NCBI RefSeq assembly: GCF_037042905.1
Contig: NC_087262.1
Coordinates: 13,516,001-13,580,000 of the forward strand
Direction: 5' to 3'
DNA length: 64,000 bases
Origin: Lytechinus pictus
Taxonomy: Eukaryota
Positions 41,801 through 54,873 of this stretch are shown here, one piece after another (position 1 is the stretch's first letter; each line of letters starts with the position of its first letter). Below the pieces are notes generated by a model. The model was not told where the DNA came from, made no database searches, and saw only the letters and a list, made by a program, of their open reading frames with translations. A program made the translations under genes and the position numbers.

Positions 41801-42635
41801 GGCGGGCATGATATGCATTTGAAAATGGTAATTTCAGTCGTCAGTGAAATTTTTGAGTATTCGAAATCATAAAGAAATATTTTTAAGACCAGTACATGTA
41901 GTTCTCTTTTGCAAATAAACACCGATCAATTTCATCCGACCGTTGTTATTTGTTCTTAGAACCATGCATAACATATTAATGAATCATTAGAGGCTTTCAC
42001 ACCAAACCTACCAGGTATTTTCGGGAAAGATTTTTTTGAGTTTGTTTAAATGTCCAACACATTTTATATTTAATTTACGGGTAATTTGTGATCGGATGAG
42101 TGTTTAAAGGACCTATTCTAGCTCTCGTTCCCGATGTATACAACCAAGTTTGTTTTTGCGGTTCTCTTTGATGGCATCCATGGTGCCCCACCGGTTGCTC
42201 TCTCATCCCAGTATCGTGTACTAAATAATGAACAAATTTATGATTGTGTTTATCGGGAGAGACTTGAGGAAGCGTCGAGCGCACACACTAGAGACCCGAA
42301 GATTATATTCCCATTACTGGTGGTTTATTAAAGACCACGTCCGCTTATCTTATTAAAGAGGCCGCTTCTCTTTGCTCCTTGCCCAGGTCGCCGTCTTTGC
42401 TGGCGATTTTGCTGCATAAATGATGTACCATTTCATCTGCCAGGGACGGCTCATGCGTAGGCTGTAAGGGCGTGGAGTGGATGTTTGCAAGAACTTTGGA
42501 ACTCCTTCGGACTTATCGGAACAAGTATTCACCATTCCTTTCCCGAGATCCCCATGTTAGGTTTTACGTGATATCCGAGAGACTTTTAACCTGTAATATA
42601 TTTGAGGCATCAATTATAATAGTTGCCTTTTTAAG

Positions 42636-42770
42636 GGCGCGCTATATAGTACCCTAGCTTTACTACCAGCTGCAGCATGTGCAATACGGGATTGGTGCAT
42701 TCAACGATACCCATTTACCTAGCCTGGGTTGACTGCAACACAGTGCGGATTAATTTATTGCAGAACCTGT
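42636..42770 (-). mobile_element. Probable SINE body fragment
   Basis: Minus strand GTCAACCCAGGCTAGGTAAATGGGTATC resembles the conserved central segment of invertebrate tRNA-SINEs. Confidence 0.4.
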
Positions 42771-45700
42771 AGAAACCCGCACCTGTGAAAGGGTGGGGGG
42801 CTGCAATTTAACACTGAATCGAAAAAAGTTAAACAATCTTTGGTCATTATTTTAATGTTTCTATACTCTCTAAAAAAATGTTGATTAAAAATCCCCCAAT
42901 ATTGGCTATAAAGAGGAGTATGCACGTTCGTTGGGAAAAGATTTGGTTAAAACCATGCTCCGTTGGTACAGATATAATATTTACATTATGTAAACGGTGC
43001 GCATTATTTTTGGCAATATTATTCTCACCAACCATACATCATTGCTTGCCCAATAATTTGCTACAAATTTTTAGAGTGAAATATCAACCCTAAAGTCACA
43101 AATTATGCCACACGAATATATAAAGGGTTTGGTTCATCAATAAAATAAATATGAATACTCTATAACATCCTGGCTTGTTCAGGCGTCGGGTCGAGGACAC
43201 GTGTCTAGCCTTCTCGTCAGTACAAAAAACCATGATCCCGACAAGTCTCATCGATTTTAGGGCAGCTATGCAAAAATATTGTTTGAACAAGTGTGGCAAC
43301 TCGGTGAGCAGGTGTGTAATAATGAGATGACGAACACATATGCACCCACGTTAGTATCATCCACCTCTCAAACAGTTCCTCTATCAAAATGTAATGATAC
43401 AAACATTATTTGGCGCTTAAAAGAAGAAAAAATAACTGTATTCTTCTCAGGACTCTTGATCATTATCAACATGATGTTCTTAAAAGACCAGGAAATTCTT
43501 ATGAATTTGAATTCGGCTACCCTACTGACCACTGATATGGATGTATGATTGTGTTGATCCGAGCGCAGATCCATAGGGTTACCAAGTGGCACGTGCTGAA
43601 TACCCCACTCCTTAAAATTTGCCCCGTATTCAGGGATTGCTTTTATTCAGAAGAATCGAAAGACCTTCTGTGTCATATTCTTTGACCTCCTGGATGCACT
43701 CCTGGACTGTATAGGGGACCTTGGAACATCCATATCGACTCCTATTCCGTTCTGCACTGTCAAGTCACTTCCTGATGCGAAAGGTTAACGACATGTATAG
43801 TTAGAATTCGCAGCTTTAAATTACATCTTGATGTTGAAAGTCGTTATAAAAATGGCAAACTATATACTAGAGGGCCATTGCAGAATCAGGGGTCATTGAT
43901 TTACATAGCTCTAATGATGATCGTGTAGGGTAAATTCCTAGAATCCCATATCATCAATTACAAAACTTAGTAATATTACCGGCTTTCGGCAGAAGTTAGA
44001 ATAGGACTCCGTCTTACAAAGGGATGCGATAAATTCCTATCGAACACATTTGCGGTTTGATATCAATTTGCTTATACATGTATATTATTTACACAACGAA
44101 AGATCCGCATTAGTATGATTTAGATTTGAATCTATCAAAACTCTATAAGGTCGTGTCCCAGATTTATATTTCCTAGTAGCGTTTTTTAGCCAAACCGTAA
44201 GTGAAAGGCAAAGATCGTATCTTCAACGTAATGGGATCAAGAGAAAATGTTATGGTAAGAGCACGAAGCTCTTATTGGAGAAAAACTGGGGCATGGAAAT
44301 AACGTGATATAATGTTGTTTCTGCAGTCTGAAAGCACTTACTGCCATGGCAACTTAATTACACTTTAATTATAAATGGTATATTTGAATAAATCTCGCAC
44401 CGAAAAGCCAGCCTCTATTCGAGTCTGGAAAGCGATCCGTTATCCTCTTGTTTAGATGTAAAATAAGTGGATCGTCAAAGCGAATGCTACCCATACTTCT
44501 TTTTAACCACTACTTAATTATGGGTGGAAAATTGCACATCAATTTTATCAACCGTTACCGATGACAAAAAATTCATGTTCCCGTTTCCCAAACATTGGGT
44601 ATTTTTGCACTCAGCTCCATACAAGGTATTAGAGTGCTCTCAATTTAGTTTTCAGGGACTACACAAACAATGCCACTCATTATTATTATGCCCATCTAAG
44701 ATCTTAATCCCAGGTTTCGTATATTTTGTGTTATGACGTTAGTGATCAAGATAACATAAGTTTGAACAATGTAATGCTATATTTATGTTCAACAACATCA
44801 TTTAGAAATATGTTTTCATTTATTCTAGTTTGGGAAAAAAATCTGCCTTGAAAAAACGTTTCATCGTAATAGTTATTCACACGATCTTTTAAAATGATGT
44901 TTCGATTTCAAATTTTGACAGTTACACATCTACGGTAGATAGTTTCAAGTTACATGACAGTAATATTCAAGGTCCACGTTTCATTTCATTTTCTTCTTCT
45001 TTTTTTTTCATTTCATATAAACAACATCAGAGCAAATCTTGGCACATTAAACAAAATAAAACCGTTTTAATGAATTTATGAATTTCAGACTCTTGTTTGA
45101 CTATCAAGCTTCAGAAGAATTCACCTCTTCGATACTCTTGTGACCTTTGCGTCTGAAGCATGACTCCTACGTGGGCACGAGGCTGTCAATATAGGCTCGT
45201 AATCACTAGCGAAGCGCTACGATAGTAATACCTTAAAATGAAGTCTCTGTGGCTTAGACATGGTTAGAAATGTCATCAGTATGATCTGGGTATTACCTAA
45301 AAGTGGCGATATTACAAACGTGTTCCCGAAATGCCACGTCGTAATTAGGAGTGAAGTTAAACCAAATGTTGCCATGCTAGTAAATCCAGAGTCTTGTTTG
45401 TTTCATAAAGCTAGTCATCAGAAACGCACGACTTTATGCACGACATGTGACCTGAATCTGGTGTCAGATCAGGCAAGTGTTTCATGGAAAGACTTGTCGA
45501 GTATTTTATCCGAAAAGTTTTACTTTTGTCCGACAGTTGTCAGAGGAACTGTGCTTCTCAGCCAATCAAAATCAAGGAAAGTTGACGTCTCTGACAACTT
45601 TATCATTAAAAAATTTGATGAAACGCTTTTCCGATTCTTAATCATTTTGAAGCTGAATTCCGATATGAATTTTTGTGCTTACTTTGGCAAAAATGCCTTG

Positions 45701-46400
45701 GTGCTACAGGAAATTAGGTCCCGTTCTTTTTTTTTTCGTTGAAGATTTCCCAAGTTTTCATGATGTTGACACTTCAACTACTGCAGTAAATATAAACTTG
45801 CTGTCTACGAACTTTTTGGTGTATTTTACTTATTTGTTGTGAATTCTGAATTCAGCCTACGTCGTTCGATCCCCCGCAGATACGAATTCAATCTTTCATG
45901 GTCAAAATGGAAATGAAAAACGTATTTAAGAACACAATCAATATGATCATCCTCAAAAGTTCTCTAGATATGCTTAAGACAATAGATAACAAATGCAAAA
46001 TGGATTATTGTCTTTCCTACCCGTGATTTGCTAACTTATAAATAGAACCACCACGGTAATAAAATTTCACTTGGACTGTGAAACTTCATATGTCTTTTTC
46101 TCGTCGCTGCCAGAGGATACGTTTTAATTACACAGGATGAAAAAATATGATGTCTCTGTTGCTTGGTGTTTTCTCCTTGTAAGACAAGAAAAACGGAGCC
46201 CGCGGGAAGGTAGTAACCTGAGAGCCTCGGATGAATTTATGAGCATCACTAAGATGACGTTCTGATATTCTCCCGTCATTTTTTTTAGAACCCACACTCC
46301 TTATCTTCGGCTTACTCTTGAAGTCTTCGAGTATCTTTTGAACCTTCCATCAATCTTATGCTTGCGATAATATTTCTCTCTATATGGATGCCTGTGATTT

Positions 46401-46570
46401 TACACTGTAAAAAATGAAGTGCTAATTTAGCACTTACAGTGCTTGTATAGTGACTGCACTACCAGTGTTGATTTTCTAGTTCAAATTTGAACTAGAAAAT
46501 CAGCACTAGTAGTGCAGTCCCTATACAAGCACTGTACGTGCTAAATTAGCACGTCATTTTTTACAGTGTA
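46401..46570. mobile_element. 170-bp palindromic MITE with CAC termini and TA flanks (CACTA/EnSpm-like)
   Basis: Two 85-bp arms, no spacer, 5 mismatches, centre 46485/46486; TA-CACTGTAAAAAA...TTTTTTACAGTG-TA. Confidence 0.85.
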
Positions 46571-48090
46571 TTTGCTTTATTTATTGTTTCCCTTATCGTG
46601 AATGTAACTAAAAATTCAAAGAGACATTCGCCATGCATTATTTGGAAAAGAAAATTTACAAGATTACTTTGTGACATGTTTAAATGCATATTCATCCATT
46701 AAATTTTGAGTAGTCTTGTTTTATCATACTTATCTAATATACATGTAGACTATCTTATAATTATTTTGAAACCCATGAAGCTTTATATCCATTAGACCTT
46801 ACCAATAATGTACTCTTCACAGAGGGAAATAACACTTTGTTATTTTCTACACTGCAAATTGCAAGCCGGACAAATAGTATAGCAGTTCTCATCCCTCCGT
46901 TATAAAACGTTTGATCTCATCGACCTCCAATCCTGATTCTATTTTCTTGTTATATGCCCTATAACTTTGACAGCCTTACTCAAATCTGATTTAGTCTTCC
47001 CTGATGTATTTAATTTGAGAGTTTGGGTTTGTTTTACTTTGTTTATTATGTGGTAAACCAGGGGGTAATACGAGCCAGAATATTTGAGCCAAGATGGGAC
47101 CGCAGAGTACGCGAATGGGATAAGCTTACCCCAGTCCTCGCCAGGAGGCACCGGGCGTGAAGGGCGGTAAAACGTATATTAACAGGGGTTTGGTATCAAC
47201 GATGTCAGATGCAAATTAAACATATCGATTTCCATAGTAGTCTATGAAGCTACTGTCACACCAATGAAACCGACTCTGTAGATCGATCAAAATTATTGCG
47301 TTAATTCGAGTGGCTTATAATTGGTCGGGTTGGACTCGGGTTTCGATGGTGTGGCTGGATATAAAGACAGATGCATAAGAGGGTGGATGAATTAATAGGG
47401 ATGTACTTGCTAATTGCAATATCTTCTAGAAATATTTTTTTTTTTCAAAGTGCTTTTTTAACCGCAGTCGTTGATGTTCTTGTCCTCGTTGTTGTAGAAT
47501 TGCCCAACATTTGACACCATTGTCGATAAAATATCAAAGTTGTTCAAAAGTTGCTTTATACAAATATATTGCATTCCGATGGTTCGGGCATTATCTGATT
47601 TCATTTTATATGTGTGCGTGTGTGCGTGTATGTGTGTGAGAGAGAGGTGGGGGTGCTTGTGTGTACGTAAGTGGGTGTTCGGATGTGCGTCCTATCTTGT
47701 TTTGGACAGGAACTTCACTCGCTATCAAATGCTTGGGTAATGAAATATGATAAGCTTGTAAGAATGATTTTAGATGCCAAAATAGTATATCTCTCACACA
47801 AACTTATAATCCGTTTCTGTTTGTATATGTATGTTTTTTTATTAATATTGATTGATTGGTTAATTGATGTCATTGGGTTTTTTCATTTATTGATTGATTT
47901 ATTGAATTGAATGTTTGTTTGATTGATTTATAAAGGTTTATTTAATTTGTCAAAATTTTTAACAATAAAATTACAAAGTACGGAAAAAACAGAACTTAAA
48001 AAAGATTATCTTAAATAAAAAGTATAAGTGACATTTAAACCTGACCTCAGAGACTAACCATCAATTCTCTTGTTCTTTTTTTCTTTACAG

Positions 48091-48283
48091 TCCCCGTTGC
48101 GGGCATCATAGTCGGATCCCTCTGCGGCGCCGTCGTCCTCGCCGGTCTCGCCTTCCTCCTCTACCGCGTTTATAGGAGAAAGTGTGGGGCGCGGATGCGA
48201 TATGAAAGATTAGGTGGGATGCAAAAGCAGCCGGCGCCGGCCGTTCAGATCGACGGCAAAAGTCTGGCGACGCCCTCTGTAAG
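48091..48283 (+). CDS. SYT15: Synaptotagmin-15-like gene, exon 2 (transmembrane and juxtamembrane region)
   Basis: Strong acceptor (ttcttttttctttacag) and donor AAG|GTATGT; GC-rich open frame (V)PVAGIIVGSLCGAVVLAGLAFLLYRVYRRKCGARMRYERLGGMQKQPAPAVQIDGKSLATPSV; resembles vertebrate SYT15 (TM, then RRFC...YEEL, recalled from memory); phase 1 to 2. Confidence 0.88.
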
Positions 48284-50387
48284 GTATGTATGGTTAGTGT
48301 CCCATTTTTGGCGTGATCAGGTTTGCCACTAGACGGTTGATGGTTACAGACCATGTCTATACTGCTATGGATGATTATAATTACTAAGACTATAATAGAC
48401 GTTGATCCACCCCCCCCCCCCCCAATAAAAATGTATAAATAATTGAATGAATAAACAAACAAATAGATAACTAAATAAATAAATAAATAATAGTAATAAA
48501 TATTAAAATAGCAGCAATAAAAATAAATGATTAAACTAATAATATTTGAATAAATAATCAAAAAATAAACAAATCAATAAATCAAATATAACCCAATAAA
48601 TAAAAGTAGATAGCTAGAGAAAATATTACAATTAATGCAATAGGTAAAAAAAAAAGATGAATACATAAATAGATAAAAAAGTATTTAAAAAAGTGGACAT
48701 TCATGCGTACGATTGGGCTTTTAAGGCGTTTCCGCCCTCTTATTACAATTAATTTGGAATTAATTTAAACAAATAGCTATTACAATGGAAATTTGAAGCC
48801 CAAAACGCTATCAACATGATCAAAATGTCTGTTACATGATCATTAAAAACAAAATTTTGAAGTGTATAGTTTTCAACATTTACCCCTCATCTGGTCATTG
48901 TGAAAGACAGACTTAAACCTATGAAAGTAGTTATTTTCAAAAAAATTGTTGATGGTGACTGTGAAGATAGTGCTGATGGTAATAATAATGATTAGAAATA
49001 AAATGATAATGATAATAATGATAATATTTACTAGGAAAAAATAACCATGACAAATGAATATATTACGTTCTTGATATATACTCAAACGTTCTATGAATTA
49101 AAAATTTTACCTTATATTCTACCTCACGTTTACCCAACAAGCATAACTTTGGTTTTGTTCTATTATTTTGCATATACGCATTGCACTTCTTTTCAATCCT
49201 GTTTACAATCTACACTGTCATAATGTATTTTTTGTGACGTGCAATAGTACAGACTGCAAGAAAGGGAAATCGTATTCTGAAAGCTAATTTATAAGAGATA
49301 TATGGCGCTTTTAAAAGATTAGTTGCGTGCCAGCCAAGCAAGAAATCAATTTCGTCAATTATGAAAAATTCAGTCGCAAGATGTCTCCAGGCAATGGCGA
49401 CAATCGGCAAAAGTGCAATAAATATTTTCACTGGTCGAGTAAGCTGGAAAAGAAAAGGATAAGGTGGAAACGTCAGAGCGAGAACATTATACAGATTAAA
49501 TCTCTTCTGAGCACAAGGACGATTTCAAAATCTCGAAATAATATTTTTTAAGAGGATGATGAATATCCGACTGTATGGTAAAAATGATATTTACTGCTTA
49601 ATGTTTCAGATATAGAGGGAATATTACGGATCTTCATTATTTTGTGTGTATTATAGTTTGTTATTACGTATATAAAACCATTTAGTGGTGCAAGAAAAGG
49701 CTAGTTTTCTTCTGCAGGAGTCGCCTATATAGATGCAATATCAAAGCATATTGCGCGATGCACCAAAATCCTGCGCTCATTACTGATGTGCAAATTTTAA
49801 TTTTGAGAACAGAAAAGTGAAAGTATATTTTTATGAAGTAATCTGGCTATCACACCGGTTGCTGTTGTTGTTTTTCTGCCATTTGAAGGTCAAACCATCT
49901 GCTTTTCTGATCATGTGACCTTTTCGGGGTGTCCGCAAGTCTCTCTTGCCCATCTTTTTAATAACCTTCAGCAAACTTTAATAATTTTCAAGAGCTGCCT
50001 CAAGAAGCACAGAAAGGTCCGCCATCTTAGGTTTCCATTCCTACTGTTATTTTTAATATAAAAACTCATATATACATCGATCCACGCCAGTGAATATGTA
50101 TTTTTGTTTTCGTTGTTTCAAAGAAATATCGCCCACTCGCCGCTTACAAACAACCTACATTTTCACACCTTGTATAACGCCAAATAAGCCACGTAGATTA
50201 ATAATTGGTTGAGTAGAATTCTGCAAAAAATAAACTTGATATTTCTTTCGTTTATTGAAAAAGCAAGTTGGCCTTTTTCAGTTGCTACTTTTGTTTTGTT
50301 TTTGCTTTTTTTTTTTGTTGGGGGTGTCAAAATATACTTGCCTCTCCTGTCGAGGTACGCCATCGCATAAACTCACATGATCATACA

Positions 50388-50528
50388 NNNNNNNNNNNNN
50401 NNNNNNNNNNNNNNNNNNNNNNNNNNNNNNNNNNNNNNNNNNNNNNNNNNNNNNNNNNNNNNNNNNNNNNNNNNNNNNNNNNNNNNNNNNNNNNNNNNNN
50501 NNNNNNNNNNNNNNNNNNNNNNNNNNNN
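50388..50528. other. Assembly gap (141 N)
   Basis: Run of n adjacent to the (AGT)n repeat. Confidence 0.99.
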
Positions 50529-50725
50529 AGTAGAAGTAGAAGTAGAAGTAGTACTAATAGAAGTAGTAGTAGAAGTAGTACTAGTAATAGTAATAGTAGT
50601 TAGTAGTAATAGTAGTAGAAGTGGTAATAGTAGTAGTAGTAGTAATAGTAGTAGTAGTAGTAGTAGAAGTAGTAGTACATGTAGTAGTAGTAGTAGTCGT
50701 CGTTCTAGTATTAACAGTAGTATTA

Positions 50726-50776
<51 letters not shown>

Positions 50777-50830
50777 GTAGAAGTAGCGGTAGTAGTAGTA
50801 GTAGAAGTAGTGGTAGTAGTAAAGTAGTAT
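50529..50830. repeat. Imperfect (AGT)n microsatellite
   Basis: Direct reading; source of the poly-V/S/T/L ORFs. Confidence 0.95.
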
Positions 50831-51974
50831 AGCGTGGAACTTGGAATATCAACAAGCATTGAATACCCTTTAAATTCGGTAGGCAATGTTTTTTAATCAC
50901 TACAGTATAGAGCACGATATTAAATCAGTAATTAATATCATATACACTTGCGCTTTCAGGTTTTTCATGCGAAATAAGCGTGGAATACATGCATGCAATA
51001 TGAATAATAACCATATTTAGCGGGCAAAAGGGATAATTGGTAATCTTACGTGTAATGGTCATGACAGTAAAGAGTGTTCCTGCGTGCAACAATCATGTCA
51101 AGTGCATGCTGAATACAGTAGCCTACAAATATAAGGATATTTTCTTCTCGGCCTGATGCAGTCAACTTGTCTAAGACATTTTTTTTTCTTGTTCTCTTTA
51201 AATCCTAACAATAATGCACTTGACGATACCCAAAATCTTGCCTTCCTGCATTATTTGAATATTTTATTGTTTCCTTATCTCTTAATTTTCCGCCATTTTG
51301 GTGCTTATTTGAAGCTTCCATTGATTCATAATAGAGGGACGCTTCGTTTTTGTTTGTTTTTCTTTTGCAATGGAGGGGGGGAACAGCCTAAGATATTTTT
51401 CAAAAATATTGTTACTGTTGCGAATTCCCCCTAAGAAAAAGATGCGCCAAAGTTTTGCTCGAGATCCTATAATTGAAATTTCAAAGGGCAGAAAAGCCTC
51501 CAATTGCAATATTAACGATAATAGTCATTCGTATCATTTGCAAAACAAAATTTTTATCATATCCTTTTGCATTGTGCATTCAAAAGATCGAGCGCCTGAA
51601 TGCAGAAGGCCCCATTTCTTAGACTTAATTTTATTGATAATAATAATGTTAGTTTCATTAGGCGCATAATAATTGATACTAATTCTTTATGCGCTTTACA
51701 AGAAAATGTATGAAACTAAACTTTCACGATGACGGTCTCCTACGTTCATTAATTTTTTTTTTTTTGTTATTAAAATGTGTAATTTATTATCACAACGTTA
51801 TTTTGGATTCATCAAGTATTATGACTATATTGTTTATAATATGGATTATTTTGATATTTTGAACGCAGTAATAAAATACATGTAAACAAACCTATATACA
51901 ATCTACAGAAGCTACACAAGTTCAATAATAACTTAATAGCTTGCAGCATGTATACGTCTTAATAACATTCATAT

Positions 51975-52046
51975 TGGTACGACTCGGCAGAGGAGCGAAC
52001 CCATGACCTTCCCATCATGAGGCGGGCGCTCAACCACTAAGCCACA
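51975..52046 (-). mobile_element. tRNA-derived SINE head (or tRNA pseudogene)
   Basis: Minus strand GTGGCTTAGTGGTTGAGCGCCCGCCTCATGATGGGAAGGTCATGGGTTCGCTCCTCTGCCGAGTCGTACCA has an A box (TGGCTTAGTGG) and a B-box-like GGTTCGCTCC; stems imperfect. Confidence 0.65.
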
Positions 52047-52137
52047 ATGTCCAATTCGCAATTCGCCTTGGTTGTTTAGCTACCTTCCATACCAGTTTTT
52101 TGCCAATAGCTCCCTCCACATTTCCGCCCTCACCCAA

Positions 52138-52380
52138 CACTGCAAAAACTCCGGTGTTGATTTAACTCTAGCCCGGAATCTATATATGTCCACACCAGAA
52201 AAGTATTGAAACAACACCAATTTGGAATCAAACCGATGCCGTTTTAATACTAATTGGTGTTGTATAAGCACCTATCTGGTGTTAGACCAAAACGAAACTG
52301 GTGTTGTTTAACACTTCTATGGCGTGGACATAATATAGATTCCGGGCTGGTTTTAAATCAACACCAGAGTTTTTGCAGTG
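52138..52380. mobile_element. CAC-terminal MITE with about 60-bp TIRs and AACACC/GGTGTT internal repeats
   Basis: CACTGCAAAAACTCCGGTGTTGATTTAA...TTAAATCAACACCAGAGTTTTTGCAGTG; AACACC-rich relatives at ~11350-11510 and ~23930-24100. Confidence 0.8.
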
Positions 52381-53528
52381 TAGAAAGACTCCTGCTTACG
52401 CATAGATAGATAATTATTGATTCTATCTCCCTGGTAATAATTAATCATTCAAAAGCAAATGATATGATTTCATTACTCCTCCGCTTTATCGAGCGCCCTG
52501 ATCATCAACGATAATTGGACCACGCTAGGAATTGCGCTTCACATAAAAGTACGTGCAAGTTATTAGTGGCTTGATTATGTTAAGAGAAACTGTGTAATTT
52601 TATGGGGCCCGGTACTGCTTGCGCTGTGTTCTATAAACCAGTTAACTCTATTATTGACTTCTTCTGTTTAACTCTCGAATTCCCGTGATTTCTATTATTG
52701 AACCTAAGTTTGAATTTTGGAAATGATTCCATTATTTTGATAAAGTTGAAATAATATCTTATAGTGATTTTAGAATCTTGTTGTATTGGTGTCTTCCTAT
52801 ACAATTAAATTTAATTAAATCATTACGAAGGAATCGTAAGAATTAGATTGGATATAAAGCAAACAAATAAATGCAATTAAGGTTGCAAGTTCTAAAACCA
52901 AAGAATCCAAAAGAAAATGCAAAACTGTAATACAAATTAATCAGTTGGTGGACCAAGGGGGTAGGGTGAGGGTTGAAACAACACACCACAAACACCATTA
53001 CCATCAATAAAGCGTTTTTAAGATCCAGTCATCGTATTTTTATCTACCTGCATGTACAATGTCCACTCCCTAGGGAGTATTTTCATTACCGAGCAGTGAA
53101 GGTACTCATATTGCAAAGCTAACGCCATTGACACTCACCTCTCACTGTAGTAGAGAGTTGTAGTGTTGATTGTATCCTTAGTATACGACCTCCTAGTCAT
53201 ATGATCACACAACCCTCTGGTGACTGTTTCATTTTCATCGAGTGGGAATTCTTCCGATTTCAGTTCCATCAATCCATTAAGTCTAATAGGTCAATCAGAT
53301 TTTTAGAAAAAAGGTTCGGCCGTAATCTCAACCCATTTTCCCGAGGCTAATCCATTTTTTAAAGGTCGTTCTTATCCCCGTCTATTCGATCCATCTTAAT
53401 CTGTAATTATCTTTCAGAATCCCAAAGCCTGTTCTATAATCCCAACCATCTGAGGGTCAGAAGAAAATCTATCATTTGTTTTCAAAGACCGATATCAAGA
53501 GTGCGCCCTCAGATAAAATACGTACAAT

Positions 53529-53588
53529 CAGTGGCGTACCTGGGATTTTCCACAGGGGGGGCAAAACCGTCCGCCAAAAAATTTGACA

Positions 53589-53627
<39 letters not shown>

Positions 53628-53672
53628 TCTTCGATCACAAATAAAGGATTTCGTACCGGAAAAAAATTGACA

Positions 53673-53707
<35 letters not shown>

Positions 53708-53875
53708 TCTTCAAGCTCGTCAGGGGGGCATTTAAGGTCTTAAAGCTCGTCAGGGGGGGCAAAAAGGTTTTTTCAAGCCCGTCAGGGGGGCAAAGATACG
53801 TTTTTGCATGGGTTGTGACTCGTCAGGGGGGGGGCAGAGTGCCCCCCCTGCCCCCCCCCCGTAGGTACGCTAGTG
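53529..53875. mobile_element. Non-autonomous hAT-like element with perfect 8-bp TSD
   Basis: TIRs CAGTGGCGTACC / GGTACGCTAGTG; TSD CGTACAAT at 53521-53528 and 53876-53883; internal TTGACAAGC(A)nGGTCTT x2 and CGTCAGGGGGG x4. Confidence 0.88.
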
Positions 53876-53890
53876 CGTACAATCCAATGT

Positions 53891-54645
53891 TAAGGCCACA
53901 GAAACAGGGGTGAGGGGACTTCAGCCCCCCCCCCCCCACACGTACACTTTTGGTTGTGTATGAAAATGTAGAAATAGACATTATATTGTTTTTAAAGGTC
54001 AAGTCCACCCCCCAAAAAAATGTTGATTTGATTAAATAGAGAAAAATCAAACTAGCAAAACGCTGAAAATTTCATCAAAATCGGATGTAAAATAAGAAAG
54101 TTATGACATTTCAAAGTTTTGCTTATTTTTCACAAAACAGTGATATGCACAACTCAAATGAGAGAGTCGGTGATGCCCCTCACTCACTATTTCTTTTTTT
54201 TTATTGTTTGAACTATACAAAAAAAATTTTTTTTTTGATTTGACAATAAGGACCAACTTGACTGAATCATATAGTATTAAACAATGCTGATTGCACATGT
54301 TCATTGAGGAATTAATCGTTGTTTTACTCGACAATGAGGTGAAAAATAGAGTATTCCCTATTTCATATAATATAATACAAAAGAAATAGTAAGTGGAAGA
54401 CGTCATCAGTCTCCTCATTTAAATACCCACCAGGATGTGCATATAACTGTTTTGTGAAATCAAGCAAAACTTGAAATGTCATAACTTTCTTATTTTACAT
54501 CTGAATTTGATGAAATTTGAAGCGTTACGCTTGTTGGATTTTTCTCTTTTTATTCCGATAAATTTTGTGTTGGGGTGGACTTGTCCTTTAATGGTCAGCC
54601 CACCCGGAGCCCACCCCCAATTTAGAAACCCTTCCGCGGCCCTTG
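53891..54645 (-). mobile_element. Older reversed copy of the CAGGGGCCGCGGAA family, split by family A copy 3
   Basis: Joining 53891-53995 to 54592-54645 and reverse-complementing gives a sequence colinear with 13969-14121. Confidence 0.65.
53992..54591 (+). mobile_element. Kolobok-like TTAA MITE, family A, copy 3 (nested in a GC-rich element)
   Basis: TTAA-AGGTCAAGTCCACCCC...GGGGTGGACTTGTCCT-TTAA; core in the same orientation as copy 1. Confidence 0.85.
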
Positions 54646-54873
54646 TGTTTATAGTATTTTTCACATTTTTGCCATAAAATAATGCCAATGTATGCTTGTC
54701 ACGTTTTGCCCTGACTTGTTGTTATGAAATTTGGGGGAGTGGAGAGTCGATATTTCCTTTCCTCTGTTCATATCAACTCTTGCCGCTTTTGTTTCTTCAA
54801 ACCATGGGTCTTCATAATAAGGTAAAAGGGGCCAAAGGGGTAGGCGATTATTTCAGGTGTCGTATTCTTGTGG

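Noticed and set aside
45260-45742. 160-aa ORF
   Set aside because: No recognisable domain; its middle runs through what looks like a degenerate MITE (~45470-45627); no convincing splice context.
48106-48561. 151-aa minus-strand ORF
   Set aside because: Antisense shadow of the real + strand exon 2 plus AT-rich low-complexity intron.
50268-50915. Poly-L/V/S/T ORFs up to 180 aa
   Set aside because: Translations of the (AGT)n repeat and the N gap.
51975-52046. Functional tRNA gene
   Set aside because: Acceptor and anticodon stems pair poorly and the 3' end looks like a SINE head.
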